Positions 38,319 through 47,109 of a stretch of DNA of 64,000 bases are shown here, in pieces; position 1 is the first letter of the stretch; every line of letters starts with the position of its first letter. The DNA is taken from NCBI GenBank assembly GCA_018818165.1, contig JAHISP010000014.1:11875-75874 (forward strand), written 5' to 3'. Both the position numbers and the translations under genes were made by a program. Under the pieces are notes generated by a model, which did not search any database, was not told where the DNA came from, and saw only the letters and a list, made by a program, of their open reading frames with translations. The DNA is from Bacteroidota bacterium (lineage in GTDB: Bacteria > Bacteroidota > Ignavibacteria > Ignavibacteriales > Melioribacteraceae).

Positions 38319-39284
38319 ATGTTAAAAAATCTATATCCATTATATCCTTATGGTAAACTTGATGTTCAGTCAGAAGCAATTCTTCAAGAGATAGCAAAAT
38401 CGAATGGAAAACCCCTTGCTTCTATGACACCCAAAGAAGCTAGGGAATGTTTTTTGGAAAATTCATGGCTTGGAGCGCCTGACAAAAGCATCCAAATAAA
38501 AAATATTTATATCGATAATTCCGATAGTAATATTCCATTACGTATTTATACGCCAGAAGGGGAAGCGCCATTCCCAATACTTCTATTTTTTCATGGTGGA
38601 GGATTTGTGTTAGGCACTTTAGACGAGTTTGATTCATTTTGCACATTTCTGGCTAGTGGAGCTAACTGCATAGTAGTTTCTGTTGGTTATCGTTTGGCTC
38701 CGGAGAACAAACATCCAGCCGCTGTTGAAGATGCTCAAACTGCACTTAATTGGATTGCTGTCAACGCTTCTAAAATTCAAGGTGATGTTTCTCGAATTGC
38801 AGTTGCCGGAGATAGTGCCGGTGCTAATTTAGCTGCGGTAGCTTCTTTAATTGCACGAGACAAATCATTTCCAACATTACTTTGCCAAATACTCATTTGT
38901 CCTTGGCTTAATCTTTCGTCAACAGAGACAAATTCATATAAATATTTCGGAAATGGATTATGGCTCTCAACTACCAATATTCATTGGTATCGTAATCACT
39001 ATTTAAAAAACGATGATCAAGCAAAAACATATTTAGCCTCACCGTTGCTAGCAAAAAAACTAAGTGGATTGCCTTTCACGTTAATTATTACTGCCGAATA
39101 TGATGTATTGAGAGACGAAGGAGAATCATATGCAAATCGTTTGGAAGAAGAATCCGTCGTTGTGAAATACACAAATTATAAGGGAATGCTTCATGATTTT
39201 GTTATGTTACCGGGAATATTTAACAAGGCAAAAGAAGCCATAAATGAAATATGTTCAACGTTAAGAATGATTTTTAAAAATTAA
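38319..39284 (+). CDS. Cassette 4: alpha/beta-hydrolase esterase/lipase, hormone-sensitive-lipase (family IV) type
   Basis: Oxyanion motif FFHGGGF, nucleophile elbow GDSAGAN, acid DVLRDEG and His in MLHDF. Confidence 0.9.
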   Translation: MLKNLYPLYPYGKLDVQSEAILQEIAKSNGKPLASMTPKEARECFLENSWLGAPDKSIQIKNIYIDNSDSNIPLRIYTPEGEAPFPILLFFHGGGFVLGTLDEFDSFCTFLASGANCIVVSVGYRLAPENKHPAAVEDAQTALNWIAVNASKIQGDVSRIAVAGDSAGANLAAVASLIARDKSFPTLLCQILICPWLNLSSTETNSYKYFGNGLWLSTTNIHWYRNHYLKNDDQAKTYLASPLLAKKLSGLPFTLIITAEYDVLRDEGESYANRLEEESVVVKYTNYKGMLHDFVMLPGIFNKAKEAINEICSTLRMIFKN

Positions 39285-39329
39285 AGAGCGTTTCTCATTA
39301 CTAATTTCAATTTGGAAATTGTACTTAAT

Positions 39330-39432
39330 TTTATAAGGATTGATACCGAATCCCACAAAAAGAACGGGGTAAACTCTGCTGAGGTATATCACTTTGTACG
39401 AGCTAAGCCGCAACCACTACTTGTAATTTGCT
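39330..39432 (+). repeat. Junction element copy 3 (module A only)
   Basis: TTTATAAGGATTGATACCGAATCCCACAAAAAGAACGGGGTAAACTCTGCTGAGGTATATCAC...GAGCTAAGCCGCAACCACTACTTGTAATTTGCT. Aligns with 37333-37435 with a few substitutions. Module B is absent. Confidence 0.85.
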
Positions 39433-39483
39433 ATGGCGTTTTATATGTTGCAGGGCAAACGCAACGTAAATCATAAAAAATAA

Positions 39484-39801
39484 TTAGGAAGAAATGGTTC
39501 TTGCAATTTCTTTATTTGATGTTCCAAGAGCCAATAACGACCTAATAATTAAATCTATTGATACCGACGGATCGCCAGTTTCTAATTTTGCAACTCTTGA
39601 TTGACTTGATTTAATCATTCTCGCAAATTCTATTTGTGTTAATTTTCGGTCAATTCGCAATTTTCTTAAATTGGCACTCAACTTTAGTTTCAAATCAATA
39701 TATGATTCTTCTTCTTCGGTTAGTCCAAGAAAATCTTTTACTGAACCAATTTTCCAACCTTTTTTCTCAAGTATTTCTTGTTTTTCACTAGTCATTGTCA
39801 T
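39484..39801 (-). CDS. higA: HigA-like antitoxin (XRE-family HTH)
   Basis: HTH LTQIEFARMIKSSQSRVAKLE. Lies downstream of, and overlaps, the toxin gene (the reversed TA order typical of higBA). Confidence 0.75.
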   Translation of the reverse strand: MTMTSEKQEILEKKGWKIGSVKDFLGLTEEEESYIDLKLKLSANLRKLRIDRKLTQIEFARMIKSSQSRVAKLETGDPSVSIDLIIRSLLALGTSNKEIARTISS

Positions 39802-40120
39802 ATTCCTTAATTCTTTTTTTGCATACATCAATTACGGCTTTAGGTGTTTGTTGTGTTTTCTTGTTAAAAACATCAAGAATTACAATTGCATCACTATCAA
39901 TTCTATAAATAATTCGCCAAGTAACATTTTCATCATTTATTCTAAGTTCATGGCAATTTTTACCAATACTTGGTATTGGTCTTGAATGAGGCATACTCAA
40001 CTTTTCTTCCATTTGAAGCAACCTGAAAAGAAATCCAGCTTCAATTCTTGCCGAAGCAGAAAAGGGGGGAGTTTTAATTTCTCCATACAGCCAAATAAGA
40101 GGTTTATCAGGTTTTTTCAT
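39788..40120 (-). CDS. higB: HigB/Gp49-like RelE-superfamily toxin
   Basis: Start taken at the ATG at 40120 (MKKPDKPLIW). The pattern ...SIGKNCHELRINDENVTWRIIYRIDSDAIVILDVFNKKTQQTPK matches Gp49/HigB-type toxins. Confidence 0.7.
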   Translation of the reverse strand: MKKPDKPLIWLYGEIKTPPFSASARIEAGFLFRLLQMEEKLSMPHSRPIPSIGKNCHELRINDENVTWRIIYRIDSDAIVILDVFNKKTQQTPKAVIDVCKKRIKEYDND

Positions 40121-40131
40121 ATTATAAATAT

Positions 40132-40147
40132 ATGTCAAATATGACAT
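40132..40147. promoter_or_regulatory. Palindromic candidate operator in the TA promoter
   Basis: ATGTCA-AATA-TGACAT, a perfect 6-bp inverted repeat 12 nt upstream of the toxin ATG. Confidence 0.4.
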
Positions 40148-40234
40148 AATTTCAACAAAATAAACCAAAAGGTAGAGATAAAAGTTTACAAAATGGGCTT
40201 ATTGAAGACTCGATTAAACAGTCAAGGCAAGAAA

Positions 40235-40295
40235 ACATAACATTTTAATTAAAACTAAAAAAACAAAAAATTTAAGTTCTAAAATTCCGTTATGT
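40235..40295. repeat. 61-nt attC-like imperfect hairpin at the right edge of the array
   Basis: ACATAAC-ATTTTA ... TAAAAT-TCC-GTTATGT. The 7-nt outer boxes (..AAC / GTT..) are perfectly complementary, the inner 6-nt boxes pair with a 3-nt bulge, and the centre is A-rich. Confidence 0.45.
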
Positions 40296-40333
40296 TATAT
40301 ATTTTTGTTGGTTAATAATAAAGAATAATTAAG

Positions 40334-41644
40334 ATGACTAAAAACATGAATGAATTTTCCGCACACGAAATTAAAATTATAAAAAATGAATTTGCTAAAC
40401 ACAGCAATGAAGAATATGACCCTGAACAACTTACAAAAACCGAAAAGTTTTTTGATAGAATTATTAAAAACAATAACGCAATTAAATTACTTATTAATGT
40501 TAATACAAGTAAAATAGTTAATAGCAACCAATATGCACAAAGGTTTTATGGCTATAGTGAAAGGGAACTGCATAGTAAAGAGATTTATGAAATAAATGTT
40601 TTAAAAGAAGATGAAGTGAGGGAAGAATATGTTCGTTCAAAAGAATTAGGTAGAGATTATTTTGAGAGTAAACAGAAAAATGCTAAAGGTGAAATAAAAT
40701 CTGTAATGATTCGTTCAACCTCGTTATCAATAAAAAATGATGACTTTATTTATTTAATAATTCATGAATTACCTGAAAAAAATGAAGCTAAAGCTGAGGA
40801 ACAGAAGAAGGAAGTTGCTCCAGTATTTTCGCTATTTACAGCAAAGGAAGATAACTTACTTGATAACGATTTGAACCTTTTAGAGCAAAACGCAAAAGAT
40901 TTAGTTTATTTATCCAACAGACTTGCTGAATCGGAAGAAAAACTTAAACAGTTAAATGCAAGCAAAGATAGATTCTTTTCTATAATTTCTCACGATTTGA
41001 AAAATAGTTTTTTTTCGGTAATGGGATTAAGTAAAATTTTAGCTGACCCTGAAAATAAAGATTCAATTGAAAAAAAATTAGAAACTGCGCAGATGCTAAA
41101 TAATAGTTCTAAAAAATTATATTCATTTTTGGAAAATCTTTTAAGTTGGGCAAGAATTCAGCGAGGAGAGATGGAATATGATCCTGGTGAATATGAATTA
41201 TACGAAATAGCCGCTGAAGTAGCTTATCTTTACAGAACTAAAGCAGAACAAAATGGTGTTGAATTAATTAATAAAGTTGGCAAAGATAATCTTGTTTTTT
41301 GTGACCCAAATATGTTAAAGACAATACTTAGAAATCTAGTATCAAACGCAATTAATTTCACTAAAAAGAATGGCTCAGTTACTATTGATGTAAAAAAAAG
41401 TGATGAAGATACTTATATTTTTGTTAGTGACACTGGAATTGGGATTAGTGGTGAAAATATTGACAAGCTTTTGCGTATTGATAAGAAACATATTGAACCA
41501 GGTGTAAATGGCGAAAAAGGTACAGGTTTGGGCCTAATTCTTTGTAAAGAGTTTGTAGAAAAGCACAATGGCAAAATATGGATTGAAAGCCAAGAAGGAA
41601 AGGGCAGCAAATTTATTTTTACTCTTCCAAATAAAACGGCTTAA
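40334..41644 (+). CDS. PAS-domain sensor histidine kinase (cytoplasmic)
   Basis: PAS-like N-terminus, coiled coil, H-box SHDLKNSF, N-box LVSNAINFT, G-boxes DTGIGI / GTGLGLILC. Confidence 0.9.
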   Translation: MTKNMNEFSAHEIKIIKNEFAKHSNEEYDPEQLTKTEKFFDRIIKNNNAIKLLINVNTSKIVNSNQYAQRFYGYSERELHSKEIYEINVLKEDEVREEYVRSKELGRDYFESKQKNAKGEIKSVMIRSTSLSIKNDDFIYLIIHELPEKNEAKAEEQKKEVAPVFSLFTAKEDNLLDNDLNLLEQNAKDLVYLSNRLAESEEKLKQLNASKDRFFSIISHDLKNSFFSVMGLSKILADPENKDSIEKKLETAQMLNNSSKKLYSFLENLLSWARIQRGEMEYDPGEYELYEIAAEVAYLYRTKAEQNGVELINKVGKDNLVFCDPNMLKTILRNLVSNAINFTKKNGSVTIDVKKSDEDTYIFVSDTGIGISGENIDKLLRIDKKHIEPGVNGEKGTGLGLILCKEFVEKHNGKIWIESQEGKGSKFIFTLPNKTA

Positions 41645-41646
41645 AA

Positions 41647-42108
41647 TTATTTATTGAAATAATATCTAGTTCCAATTGCTAAATCTAAATTTAATCCCGT
41701 TGTTGGAAGTAATCTAAATGAAGGAGCAATTTCAAAGAAAACATCCATTGGATATTGTTTAATAAACAACATGATGCCGACAACACCTCTAACGCCTAAA
41801 TTTAGTTGGCTTTTGGTTGGAAATCTCATTCTAACTCCAAAGCCATAATAAACAGGCAATTTATATTCCAATTGAACTAAATTTTTATTGTGATATAAAT
41901 AATCTGCATGTAGTGAAAAGCCAGCATTTTCACCAAATAAACCAGTTGCAATTCCAAAATCGGCAGCAGTTGATTCATCCAACCAATATTTTCCGCTTAA
42001 ACCAGTTGGTTCGCCAAGTATAATTCCAACCCCAAGACCAGATTCTTGTGCAAATGATATTTTAGTAACTGCTAAAAGTAATAATAGAATTATTAATATT
42101 TGTTTCAT
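41647..42108 (-). CDS. Small outer-membrane beta-barrel protein
   Basis: Signal peptide MKQILIILLLLLAVTKISFAQ. Alternating strands, G/Y-rich, ends ...GTRYYFNK. Confidence 0.6.
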   Translation of the reverse strand: MKQILIILLLLLAVTKISFAQESGLGVGIILGEPTGLSGKYWLDESTAADFGIATGLFGENAGFSLHADYLYHNKNLVQLEYKLPVYYGFGVRMRFPTKSQLNLGVRGVVGIMLFIKQYPMDVFFEIAPSFRLLPTTGLNLDLAIGTRYYFNK

Positions 42109-42214
42109 ATAGTCTAAAATTTATTATAAATTGTTTTATTTCAACTCTCAATAATACAAAATTGTAACTAAATTATTAACTTGAATATTATAATAATTAA
42201 AAAAAAGTGATTAT

Positions 42215-43714
42215 ATGGAAAACAAAAATAAGATTTATGAATTAATTGAAAAGCAAAAATATGAATTTGATTACTCCATTAAAGAGACTGCAATTATTTT
42301 GGCAGCTGGGCATGGAAAAAGGATAAAATCACAAACCTCAAAAATGCTTCATAAAATATTAGAAAAACCAACAGTTGAAAGAGTTGCTAATGCATGTAAA
42401 AAAGGATTGAAAAAAGTAAATTCAATAATTGTTGTTGGCATTAAAGCTGCAGATGTAATTGACGCTATTAGTGATAATCCAGAAACAGTATTTGCTTTCC
42501 AAGCTGAACAAAATGGAACTGGCCACGCTGTGCAAATTGCTGTTGAAAAAATTAAAAAGGACTATGATGGAACAATTTATATTCTTCCAGGAGATATGGG
42601 ATTAATTGATAGTGAGACCATTTCTGATTTTAAAAATAATTTTGTTGAATCTAATGCTGATATGATGGTTTTAACTGGACTTTTCGAAGGGGATTCAAAA
42701 GAGAACGCTTATGGCAGAATAGTAAGAGTGAAAGAATGTGATGTAAATGGAGAATCATCAGGTGATGATTTTGGAAAAGTTATTGAAATAATTGAGCATA
42801 AAGATATTCTGAGTTTAAAAGAAGAGGAAAACTATATAACAGTTTTCAAGGATAAAAAGTACAGCTTTACACGAAATGAATTAATTGAAAATAATGAGTT
42901 TAATTCTGGAGTTTATGCTGTTAACTATAAGCATTTAAAAAAGTTGCTAAATAGTATTGAAAGCAATAATGCTCAAGGTGAAATATATATAACCGATTTG
43001 ATTTCAATTTTTAATAATAATGGATTAACAGTGCGTGCTGTGCATCCACATTCACAACATGTTTTAATGGGTTTTAATAATAAATCAGTTTTGCTTGAAA
43101 TGGAAAGTATTGCTAGAAAACAGACCTATGAGCAAATTAAAGATATTATTGAAATTGAAGCCCCTGATGATTTTTTCATATATGAAGATGTTGTTAATGA
43201 TATTATTGAGCTTGATAAAAAAGGGCGCCCACTAGATATTAAAATTGGTAAAGGTGTTTATCTTGGTGCTGGAGTTAAAGTAAATTACAATCTCACATTA
43301 CTAAAAAATGTTTATCTAAAAGGAAATATACATTTTGGAGAAAATGTATCTATTTCTGAAAACGCACATTTATCAACCTTTAAAAATCAAACTATGACAA
43401 TTGGAGATAATTCCGAAATTCTTTGGGGCGATATAATAAAGGGAAATATCAAAATTGGCAAAAATACAAGAATTGAATCAAGTGTTAATATGACTGGAAG
43501 TGATGAATATCCCGTCATTATTGGCAATAATGTTACAATAAAAGGAACTAGTTATATTTTTGGAACAGTGATTGACGATGATTTATTTATTGAGCATTCA
43601 ATTTTAATTAATAAAAATGTTGATAGAGTTGTTATGAAGAATGGGGAAGTTAAAAAAATCCGCTTTTTCTTACCTCCTCCAGAAGGTATAGATTCAATAA
43701 CTGAGTTGAATTAG
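42215..43714 (+). CDS. GlmU-like bifunctional sugar-1-phosphate nucleotidyltransferase / left-handed-beta-helix acetyltransferase
   Basis: N-terminal AIILAAGHGKRIKSQTSKMLHKI and GTGHAV. C-terminal hexapeptide repeats. Longer than canonical GlmU, with an insertion in the linker. Confidence 0.7.
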   Translation: MENKNKIYELIEKQKYEFDYSIKETAIILAAGHGKRIKSQTSKMLHKILEKPTVERVANACKKGLKKVNSIIVVGIKAADVIDAISDNPETVFAFQAEQNGTGHAVQIAVEKIKKDYDGTIYILPGDMGLIDSETISDFKNNFVESNADMMVLTGLFEGDSKENAYGRIVRVKECDVNGESSGDDFGKVIEIIEHKDILSLKEEENYITVFKDKKYSFTRNELIENNEFNSGVYAVNYKHLKKLLNSIESNNAQGEIYITDLISIFNNNGLTVRAVHPHSQHVLMGFNNKSVLLEMESIARKQTYEQIKDIIEIEAPDDFFIYEDVVNDIIELDKKGRPLDIKIGKGVYLGAGVKVNYNLTLLKNVYLKGNIHFGENVSISENAHLSTFKNQTMTIGDNSEILWGDIIKGNIKIGKNTRIESSVNMTGSDEYPVIIGNNVTIKGTSYIFGTVIDDDLFIEHSILINKNVDRVVMKNGEVKKIRFFLPPPEGIDSITELN

Positions 43715-43723
43715 TAAATTTTA

Positions 43724-43749
43724 TAGTGGACGTATTTGAACGTCCACTA
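43724..43749. terminator. Bidirectional hairpin terminator
   Basis: TAGTGGACG-TATTTGAA-CGTCCACTA (9-bp stem) between convergent genes. Confidence 0.6.
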
Positions 43750-43759
43750 CATAAAAAAA

Positions 43760-44221
43760 TTAGAGTAGCATTCTTTCTTCAAATAATCGAGTAATTTGTT
43801 CTTCGGCATCTACAATTTTCAATTTATGGAACATACATCCTTTTTTCAAACAGCCTTCAACAATTCCATTATTTGGTAAATGAAACAAAAACATTGGTGA
43901 TAAGCAAACTTGACAAGTATCATTCAATGCCTTTAAATTTTCATTACATTGGGGACAGAATAACTCAATAATTTCTCCATCAGGGACATGCATTCCCTCA
44001 ATAATGTTATCAAAACTTCCATAAATTGGGTCAATATAAAGAAAACCATTATTGTCTTTATAACTAGCTTTAACTTTAATTGATGGATAATCGTGGATTT
44101 TTACATTTTCACAAATCAGTGAATGTCCTTTTGAACATGTGGGATGGTTAACATGAATTGGGTGTTTAGAAAGATCAATTTCTATCTCAATATTTCCTTT
44201 TTCAGTCATTTTCTGCTCCAT
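43760..44221 (-). CDS. Cys-rich (zinc-ribbon-like) hypothetical protein
   Basis: 153 aa with CPQC...CQVC plus additional Cys/His pairs. Family not recognised. Confidence 0.65.
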   Translation of the reverse strand: MEQKMTEKGNIEIEIDLSKHPIHVNHPTCSKGHSLICENVKIHDYPSIKVKASYKDNNGFLYIDPIYGSFDNIIEGMHVPDGEIIELFCPQCNENLKALNDTCQVCLSPMFLFHLPNNGIVEGCLKKGCMFHKLKIVDAEEQITRLFEERMLL

Positions 44222-44464
44222 TATTAATTCTTATACTTATTAGATAAGTCAAAATAATAATCTTATAATTAAAAAAGAAGAATAAAAATATTTAAGTAAA
44301 AGCACAGTAATTATAAGCGTATTTTAAGTTGAAAAAATGCTTTCTCATTGTAATCATTATTGAAATAATATATGTTTTATAATAAGTTTATTAGGAATGA
44401 AAATTTTTAAATACTTAAAATATTGTGTAAATTTGCGAGTCTAAAACAAAATAGGAGACAAGGT

Positions 44465-44662
44465 ATGAAAAAGAATGTTGGTGCAAGTGATAGGATTATT
44501 AGAATGATTCTTGGTGTTATAATTATTGCATTTGGAATTATTTATGAAAGTTGGTGGGGATTAGTTGGTATAGTTCCTTTAATGACAGGGCTGTTAAATT
44601 ATTGTCCATTATACTGTCCGTTAAAACTTTCTACTATTAAACGTGGTGATAACAAAGAGTAA
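44465..44662 (+). CDS. DUF2892 (YgaP-like) small membrane protein
   Basis: ATG at 44465 after GGAGACAAGG. NVGASDRIIRMILGVIII...LVGIVPLMTGLLNYCPLY is the DUF2892 pattern. Confidence 0.8.
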   Translation: MKKNVGASDRIIRMILGVIIIAFGIIYESWWGLVGIVPLMTGLLNYCPLYCPLKLSTIKRGDNKE

Positions 44663-44688
44663 ATTAGAATATTATTTAAAACAAAAAA

Positions 44689-44714
44689 GGTCATTCAATA
44701 GAATGACCTTTTTT
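44689..44714. terminator. Bidirectional rho-independent terminator
   Basis: GGTCATTC-AATA-GAATGACC followed by TTTTTT, with an A-run on the other side. Confidence 0.8.
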
Positions 44715-44727
44715 ATTTAATTTAAAT

Positions 44728-45891
44728 CTATTTTGCTAAAACAGCAGTAACTTTTTCAGCTGCTTCTTTTAATGTAGCAGCAACTTCAAAGTTCATTCCA
44801 GATTGAGCTAACAAAACAGCTGCTTCCTCGGCATTTGTTCCATCAAGACGAATAATTATTGGAACTTCAACTTTTTCGAGATTTACTGCATCAATAACAC
44901 CTTGTGCAACTCGGTCGCATCTAACAATTCCACCAAAAATATTTATTAAAATTGCTTTCACTTTTGGATCTGTAAGTATTATCTTAAATCCACTTGCAAC
45001 AGTTTCTTTATTAGCAGTGCCGCCAACATCAAGGAAGTTTGCAGGCTCGCCACCAGCAAGTTTAATAATATCCATTGTTGCCATTGCCAATCCTGCACCA
45101 TTAACCATGCAGCCAACGTTTCCATCTAATTTAATATAGTTTAAATTAAATTTAGAGGCTTCAATTTCTAGCGAATCTTCTTCATCAAAATCACGATATT
45201 CAAGAATATCTTTATGACGGTACATTGCGTTATCATCAAAGTTCATTTTTGCATCCAAGGCAATTACATCACCTTCTTTAGTAACAACAAGAGGATTTAT
45301 TTCTGCAATTGATGCATCTGTATCTTCAAACGCTTTATAAAGGCTTATTAAAAACTTAACCGCATTTTTAAATTGTACACCTTCAAGACCTAAACCAAAA
45401 GCTAGTTCTCGTGCTTGATAAGCTTGTAACCCAACTGAAGGATCAACTGCAACTTTTAATATTTTCTCTGGAGTTTCAGCTGCTACTTTTTCAATTTCCA
45501 TTCCACCTTCGGTAGAAACCATGAAAACATTTTTTGAAATTGCACGGTCAAGAGTAATTCCAACATAAAGTTCTTTCTCAATATTAACGCCTTCTTCAAT
45601 AAGTAAACGTTTTACCAATCTGCCTTCTGGACCAGTTTGATGTGTAATTAAATTCATTCCTAAAATTTGTTTTGCATATTTACGAACTTCTGGAAGCCCT
45701 TTTGCAACTTTAACACCACCACCTAAACCTCTACCACCAGCGTGGATTTGAGCTTTAACAACTCTTATTTTGCCACCAATTTCTTTTGCAACTTCAACAG
45801 CTTCATCAACTGAATAAGCAACTTTTCCGTTTGGAACAGGAACATTGTATTTTCTTAAAATTTCTTTTGCTTGATATTCATGGATTTTCAT
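44728..45891 (-). CDS. sucC: Succinyl-CoA synthetase beta subunit
   Basis: [20 protein letters not shown]... and the full-length ATP-grasp + ligase-CoA pattern. Confidence 0.95.
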   Translation of the reverse strand: MKIHEYQAKEILRKYNVPVPNGKVAYSVDEAVEVAKEIGGKIRVVKAQIHAGGRGLGGGVKVAKGLPEVRKYAKQILGMNLITHQTGPEGRLVKRLLIEEGVNIEKELYVGITLDRAISKNVFMVSTEGGMEIEKVAAETPEKILKVAVDPSVGLQAYQARELAFGLGLEGVQFKNAVKFLISLYKAFEDTDASIAEINPLVVTKEGDVIALDAKMNFDDNAMYRHKDILEYRDFDEEDSLEIEASKFNLNYIKLDGNVGCMVNGAGLAMATMDIIKLAGGEPANFLDVGGTANKETVASGFKIILTDPKVKAILINIFGGIVRCDRVAQGVIDAVNLEKVEVPIIIRLDGTNAEEAAVLLAQSGMNFEVAATLKEAAEKVTAVLAK

Positions 45892-46085
45892 AGCAACCTT
45901 TAAATTATTTTTAATCTAAACTTATTTAATTTACGTAATAAAATTATCCTATTTAACGGAAAGAATCAATGCGAATAATCACTATTTCTTCAAATTCATT
46001 AATCTTGAATACAAATTGACCAAAATTAATCTAGTAAAATCTGTATCTTTGAAAATCAAAAACAAAAATTATTTGGACTTATTTT

Positions 46086-47081
46086 ATGAGCACTTCTTAT
46101 AAAGATTCTGGCGTGGATATTAAAGCTGGTGAAGAAACAGTTGACAAGATTAAAGAAATAGTTAAATCAACGTTCAACAAAAATGTACTTTCTGGAATTG
46201 GGCATTTTGGCGCATTCTATGAAATGGATTTTAAGAAATATGAAAATCCAGTTCTTGTGTCTAGTGTTGATGGCGTTGGCACCAAACTTAAAGTTGCATT
46301 TATGATGGATAAACACGATACTGTTGGGCAGGATCTTGTTAATCACTGTGTAAACGATATTGCAGTCGGTGGCGCAATTCCTCATTACTTTATGGATTAC
46401 ATGGCATTTGGTAAACTTGATCCTAGAGTTGCCGAAAAAATTATGGAAGGCTTTGCGAAAGCTTGTCGCGAAAACGGTGTTGCACTTATCGGTGGCGAAA
46501 CAGCAGAAATGCCGGGACTTTATTCCGAAGATGAATATGATATGTCAGGCACAATTGTTGGAATTATTGAAAAAGCCAAAATACTAAATGGTGATAAAGT
46601 TAAAAAGGGTGATGCTCTAGTTGGATTTCCTTCAACTGGTTTGCACACAAATGGATATTCGTTAGCGAGAAAAGTTTTATTTCAAAAATATTCTGTTAAC
46701 GATAAACCAGAAGGATTTGAAAATACAATTGGCGAAGAATTATTGCAAGTTCATAAATCGTATTTAAATTTAATTCAAACAATTATTGGTAAAATGGATG
46801 TCCATGCATTTTCACATATTACCGGCGGTGGAATTATGGGAAATACAATGCGTGTTGTTCCTGAAGGATTAAGCTTAAATATCGATTGGAATTCGTGGAA
46901 ACTTCCAAAGATTTTTGAACTTATTAAAACTACTGGAAATATTTCTGACGAAGAAATGAGAAAAGCATTTAATATTGGAATTGGTTTGATTGCCATAATT
47001 GATAAAAATGATTTGGAAAAATTGAAATCAATTGCTGAAGATATTAAAGAAGAATGTTTTATAATAGGAAATGTTGAATAG
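46086..47081 (+). CDS. purM: Phosphoribosylformylglycinamidine cyclo-ligase (AIR synthetase)
   Basis: YKDSGVDIKAGEE, DGVGTKL, and DLVNHCVNDIAVGGA. Confidence 0.95.
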   Translation: MSTSYKDSGVDIKAGEETVDKIKEIVKSTFNKNVLSGIGHFGAFYEMDFKKYENPVLVSSVDGVGTKLKVAFMMDKHDTVGQDLVNHCVNDIAVGGAIPHYFMDYMAFGKLDPRVAEKIMEGFAKACRENGVALIGGETAEMPGLYSEDEYDMSGTIVGIIEKAKILNGDKVKKGDALVGFPSTGLHTNGYSLARKVLFQKYSVNDKPEGFENTIGEELLQVHKSYLNLIQTIIGKMDVHAFSHITGGGIMGNTMRVVPEGLSLNIDWNSWKLPKIFELIKTTGNISDEEMRKAFNIGIGLIAIIDKNDLEKLKSIAEDIKEECFIIGNVE

Positions 47082-47109
47082 AAAAAAAACAAAATTTAAG
47101 AGAATAAAA

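Larger units (their letters stand above)
34690..40300 (+). mobile_element. Integron-like gene-cassette array (no recombinase gene in the window)
   Basis: Unrelated ORF sets separated by copies of one conserved junction element. Cassette-specific inverted repeats GTTA.../...TAAC. A terminal TA module and a local GC shift. Flanked by ordinary chromosomal genes. Confidence 0.6.

Noticed and set aside
35983-39432. Repeats separated by unique sequence, so possibly a CRISPR array.
   Set aside because: The repeats are 100-440 nt, the 'spacers' are 0.5-1.5 kb protein-coding genes, and no cas genes are present. It is not a CRISPR array.
40273-40300. TTATGTTATAT matches 10/11 of the E. coli dif XerD arm (TTATGTTAAAT), hinting at Xer/dif-module-type cassettes.
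   Set aside because: The corresponding XerC-arm position (TAAGTTCTAAA) does not resemble known XerC arms. The other junctions lack this motif, and such an AT-rich 11-mer could arise by chance.
45892-46085. A possible purine riboswitch upstream of purM.
   Set aside because: No conserved purine-riboswitch core or three-way junction could be found by eye. The region is plain AT-rich DNA.
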